From Promethearchaeota archaeon (lineage in GTDB: Archaea > Asgardarchaeota > Lokiarchaeia > Sigyniarchaeales > SOKP01): a stretch of 64,000 bases of DNA. Below the pieces are notes generated by a model. The model was not told the origin of the DNA. It ran no database searches and was given only the letters and a program-made list of their open reading frames with translations. Made by a program: the position numbers and the translations under genes. Positions 60,150 through 64,000 of the stretch are shown piece by piece (position 1 is the first letter of the stretch; every line of letters begins with the position of its first letter). The stretch spans positions 66,447 through 130,446 of the forward strand of contig JBHLMQ010000004.1 in the NCBI GenBank assembly GCA_048938005.1, read 5' to 3'.

Positions 60150-63100
60150 TTATTTCTTTTTTACAATTTTTGGTCTAAATACTGAGGAAATCTCATTCTT
60201 ACCTACTCTTGCAATTCCGATTAGTTTTTCTGCTAATAAAAATAATGAATTTGAAGATTTTGGTAAGAACATGAACATTTGTATTGGATTCTGCTCGAGA
60301 GTTGATTTAATTAATTGATATACCACTTCGGAATTTTTTTCATCCAAAAACATTCCTGGTTCATCGAGCAAACAAAGTGAAGATGGTTTAATCTCTTGAA
60401 GAGATAGAATTAAACAGATTGATATCAAAGAAACTTGGCCACCGCTTAGAGCACTAAATGATTTCAATTGTTCTTTTGAGGTGGCTGCTTTAATATTGAC
60501 CCCTAAATCTTCAAAATTGCTTGTTAATTCAAGTGAACAATAAGATTTAATCTGGGAATCTTGGAATTTTTGATTAACTCCGTTTTGAAGATTTTCAAGT
60601 AAAACACTAAATTTTTCATAATATGTTTTTTCCATCTTATTTTCCGTTTTAATTGCTGCTTTCACATCTTTTTCCAAATCTTTTTGATTTTTAGATATTT
60701 CGTTAAGTGTTACCAATATCTGATCTTTTTCAATCAGAATTGAGTCATCAACATCCAAATATTTGATTAATTCTTTATCTATTTCTGAAATATCTGCTTT
60801 AATATCTTCTATGGGACGAATTTTAAATATTTCTTCTGAAACTAAAGGACTTATTTCAGAATTAATTCGAGCTAAATCATTTCTTTTTAATTCCAGCTCT
60901 TGATTATAAGCATTTAATTTGATATTTTCTTGTTCAAATTTTATTGTTATTTGGATATTCTTTCTTTCTAATTCACTTTTTTTATTTTGTAGTTGTAACA
61001 TTTCTTCTTTTAAATCTGAAATCTCGTTTTCAGTGATTTTAAGTTCTTCTTCCACATTCTCTAGTTGTCGATACACTTCGAACGCTGTTTTATCTGCTTT
61101 TTGAAAATCCTCTTTCTTTGTTTCGAATTCCTTCTGTATTGAATCCTTTTCATAAGTATGCTTATTTATTTTATCTTTTACTTGTTTTAGAATATCATCA
61201 TTCTCACTTAATTTTGTGTCCCATTTTTTCTTTTCTTCATTAAGTTTAATTAATTCATTAGGAATTTCTTTTATCCTATCACTCCACTTGAAAAATTCGG
61301 GATCTGTTTGAGATTTTAAATCTTTAATTTGAAGCTCTAGTTCTGTAATTTCATTTTTTATTGCTGTATTAATCTTCTCTAATTCATGCATTTGATCATA
61401 TAATTGATTTTTTTTAGAGGTAATTCTTTGTTTTTGGTTAAAATTATAGAGAAGATCATTAAAAGATTCTTTCTTTTTAAATATTGATTGTTGGATAGTA
61501 TCAAATTTTGATTGCTTAACTCTCAGTTCTGAAATTCTATCATTCAACGATTTGATCTCAGCCTCTAATATATCAGATTGCTCCTTTTGTGTACCAGCAC
61601 TTAATAATCCTTTCAATCTTTTAAGATAAGGTGTTTCATATACATATTTATAAGAAATTATTTGTTCTCCTTTTAATGTAACACATTTTCCTTTAAAGTC
61701 ATGTGTACTATAAAGTTCTCTTCCAGAACGATAATCATTTACAACAAGACAATTCTTAACCTTTGAATAAATTACTTTTTTAATATCAATATCATCATTG
61801 ATGATTTCAATCAGTTCTGCTAAATAACCAAGGACGCCGCTAGCAGAAATTTTTAGCATAGGCTTAAGAGTGACATTTTTAGGTAAATAAATATTACAAT
61901 ATGCTCCATATTTTTCTTTTAATCTTTTTAATAAGTTTAAAGTGTCCCAATCTCTAGCTACAAAGCTGTAAAGTAATTTTTCACCTAGAACTGATTCGAT
62001 AGCATAGCTTAATTGATCCTTATATTTCAAATAATCGATAATTGGTCCTTTTACTTTTAAACCTCTTTTATTTATTTCATCCTTGAGAATAGTTATATTT
62101 GAAGGAAGAACTACACGCCGTTCTCTAAGTGAAGCCTGTAAGACTTTTAACTTTTTGAATTTTTTAGATATAACGATTTCTAATTGTTTTATCTCTGAGT
62201 CTATATCATATACTTTTAACGAGGTTCGTTTAAGTTCCCTATCAAGCTGAGTTAGTAAATCTTTGGTCGGATTTTCTAAGAACCATTTATTTTTTTCCAA
62301 TTTATGTTCAATATCTTTAAAACTTTGAAATAATTGATTAATCTCATTATTGTATGCTTTTATTGAGTTCTCATTCTCTTGAATTTTTGCTAATCTCTCT
62401 TCTTTCTCAAGATTTAATTTATTATAATTATCCAAAAGAGTTTTATTCTGTTTTATTTTTTTTATTAATTGGTCCTGCTCTGTTATTAATTTATCAATTA
62501 GCAGTCCAGCATTTTTGCTTTCTCTTTTTATTATTTTTATTTCGTTATCTAAGTTATCTTTCTGTTTCTCAAAATTAATAATAACTTCTTTAAGCTCATC
62601 AATCTTATCTGATAACTTATCTAGCTCTTGCTTTGCGGATATTTTTTCTTTTTGCCAATTTTGAATTTTAGCGATTAAATCTTGCTTTTTATAACTTAAT
62701 TCTCCTACTTGCTTTGAAAGTTCATTTATATTTTTTTCCTTATGTGAAATTTTATTCAATATGGTAGTTATTTCTTTATCGGAACTATCCTTTTTTTTCT
62801 TGATTCCTTCAATAACTAATTTAACGTTTTTGATTATCTCTTCAAAATTAATGATTTCTTTTTCTAATTTATCCCTATTTGCCCATAAAAGTTCATCATT
62901 GAATTTATTCCTTATTTCTAACAATTTGTTCTTTTGTTTTAAACGCTCAAGTTTTGGGTTTAATAATTCCAAGCTAATATTTAATGTGTTTTTTCTACTT
63001 TTTAGTGATTGAAGATCATTATTCAAGTTTAATACATTGCTTTTTTGCTGTAATATTTCATCTCTCAACTCTCTTAGTCCAATACCTTCTTCTAGAAATG

Positions 63101-63578
63101 AACATAATTCTGTTGGTCTTAAACTTTTAATTGCATCAATTTTTCCTTGGCTAACAAAAGCAAACTGATTATCTGGATTAATATTTAAATCAGAAATTAA
63201 TTTTTGAATTTCTTGAGCTGGGATTTTTTTAAAGTCAGGATCTCCCATTTTTTGAATTTTGAAATATGGAGATTGCCCTCTAATAACATATCTTCTTATT
63301 TTTATTATTTCTTCTTCAATTTGAATATGAATTTCAACCATAGCATGATTTTGTCCAGTTCTAATGAAATTTGACCATTTCTTGTATCGTTCATCTCTTT
63401 CATTACTACCTAAAGCAAATTTAATCGCTTGAAATACTGAAGTTTTTCCACTCCAATTTGGCCCTACAATAATCACGAACTTAGATTTCCCGAAATCAAC
63501 TTCATCCTTCTGGAATGATAAAAAATTTTCTAAAATAACTTTCCTAATGAATACCCTTTTATTTCTCATTGAATTCAT
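60150..63578 (-). CDS. smc: SMC family ATPase, SMC5/6-like
   Basis: LENF.S, GPNWSGKT, FVSQGKI, hinge, LSGGQ, LLDEP; H-loop position reads FLPK. Confidence 0.9.
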   Translation of the reverse strand: MNSMRNKRVFIRKVILENFLSFQKDEVDFGKSKFVIIVGPNWSGKTSVFQAIKFALGSNERDERYKKWSNFIRTGQNHAMVEIHIQIEEEIIKIRRYVIRGQSPYFKIQKMGDPDFKKIPAQEIQKLISDLNINPDNQFAFVSQGKIDAIKSLRPTELCSFLEEGIGLRELRDEILQQKSNVLNLNNDLQSLKSRKNTLNISLELLNPKLERLKQKNKLLEIRNKFNDELLWANRDKLEKEIINFEEIIKNVKLVIEGIKKKKDSSDKEITTILNKISHKEKNINELSKQVGELSYKKQDLIAKIQNWQKEKISAKQELDKLSDKIDELKEVIINFEKQKDNLDNEIKIIKRESKNAGLLIDKLITEQDQLIKKIKQNKTLLDNYNKLNLEKEERLAKIQENENSIKAYNNEINQLFQSFKDIEHKLEKNKWFLENPTKDLLTQLDRELKRTSLKVYDIDSEIKQLEIVISKKFKKLKVLQASLRERRVVLPSNITILKDEINKRGLKVKGPIIDYLKYKDQLSYAIESVLGEKLLYSFVARDWDTLNLLKRLKEKYGAYCNIYLPKNVTLKPMLKISASGVLGYLAELIEIINDDIDIKKVIYSKVKNCLVVNDYRSGRELYSTHDFKGKCVTLKGEQIISYKYVYETPYLKRLKGLLSAGTQKEQSDILEAEIKSLNDRISELRVKQSKFDTIQQSIFKKKESFNDLLYNFNQKQRITSKKNQLYDQMHELEKINTAIKNEITELELQIKDLKSQTDPEFFKWSDRIKEIPNELIKLNEEKKKWDTKLSENDDILKQVKDKINKHTYEKDSIQKEFETKKEDFQKADKTAFEVYRQLENVEEELKITENEISDLKEEMLQLQNKKSELERKNIQITIKFEQENIKLNAYNQELELKRNDLARINSEISPLVSEEIFKIRPIEDIKADISEIDKELIKYLDVDDSILIEKDQILVTLNEISKNQKDLEKDVKAAIKTENKMEKTYYEKFSVLLENLQNGVNQKFQDSQIKSYCSLELTSNFEDLGVNIKAATSKEQLKSFSALSGGQVSLISICLILSLQEIKPSSLCLLDEPGMFLDEKNSEVVYQLIKSTLEQNPIQMFMFLPKSSNSLFLLAEKLIGIARVGKNEISSVFRPKIVKKK

Positions 63579-63633
63579 TTTCTTTTATCTCTGATCTTAA
63601 TCTAGACGCCAAATTACTTCACCCAATAATATA

Positions 63634-64000
63634 TCATTTACCAAATGCTTGTTTTATAAGATCTACTCGTTTTTTAGCCTTTTCTAAGTTTATTTGTGCC
63701 CTATTTGGAGGATCATTTAGGATGAATGGAAATTCAGCTAACATTTTCATCTCATTTTCTTCTAAGGGTTCTTTTTTAGCTAATTTATCAATAATAAGTG
63801 TTAGTTCAGTATAATTCTTAGAAGCAGCATTCTCATATAATTGATTTAACATAAAATCGGAAATTCGCGATTCACGAATTCCATTAACAATGCCAGTGAT
63901 ATCTTTGAGATTGCCAAATTCCTTAATCTCTTGAGGTGGAATTACTGTTTTATCTTGATAATATTCTTCATTTACTTCGATTTTAGAGTTTTCTTCTGAA
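63634..64000 (-). CDS. 3' part of a hypothetical protein gene (continues beyond the window)
   Basis: Frame of the 72-aa track ORF stays open to the window edge (SEENSKIEV...ISDFMLNQ...). Confidence 0.65.
   Translation of the reverse strand, partial: SEENSKIEVNEEYYQDKTVIPPQEIKEFGNLKDITGIVNGIRESRISDFMLNQLYENAASKNYTELTLIIDKLAKKEPLEENEMKMLAEFPFILNDPPNRAQINLEKAKKRVDLIKQAFGK

Noticed and set aside
58957-64000. Wadjet/MksBEFG defence system
   Set aside because: Gene order is smc-kleisin-KITE and no JetD-like Toprim gene is visible; the upstream gene is truncated, so it is not fully excluded
1-64000. CRISPR arrays, rRNA, transposases, integrases and the remaining short antisense or nested ORFs in the track
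   Set aside because: No repeat-spacer pattern, rRNA-like tract or mobile-element motif was seen; the short ORFs lie within well-supported genes

Overview
AT-rich archaeal chromosomal window. Gene content points to an Asgard archaeon, most likely Lokiarchaeia (inference): TFB, eIF6, Sec61-gamma, L31e/L39e/LX/S19e, roadblock proteins, a small GTPase-like protein, SCP2 proteins and an SMC5/6-type operon. The main finding is in dnaG, which is split inside its conserved GAIFGQ/TEGLL motif by a 40-nt insert (15123-15162) carrying a stop and a frameshift. The insert's ends fold into the same bulge-helix-bulge (BHB) geometry as five non-canonical tRNA introns in this window, making it a candidate tRNA-endonuclease-type mRNA intron. 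Also present are four tRNAs (one with three introns), an unassigned ~300-nt structured RNA candidate, a Thermotoga-type inositol catabolic gene set, an unannotated 57-aa cationic peptide gene, a likely ATT-initiated gene and paired TetR operators. No CRISPR array, rRNA or transposase was seen. All calls come from manual reading of motifs; no searches were run.
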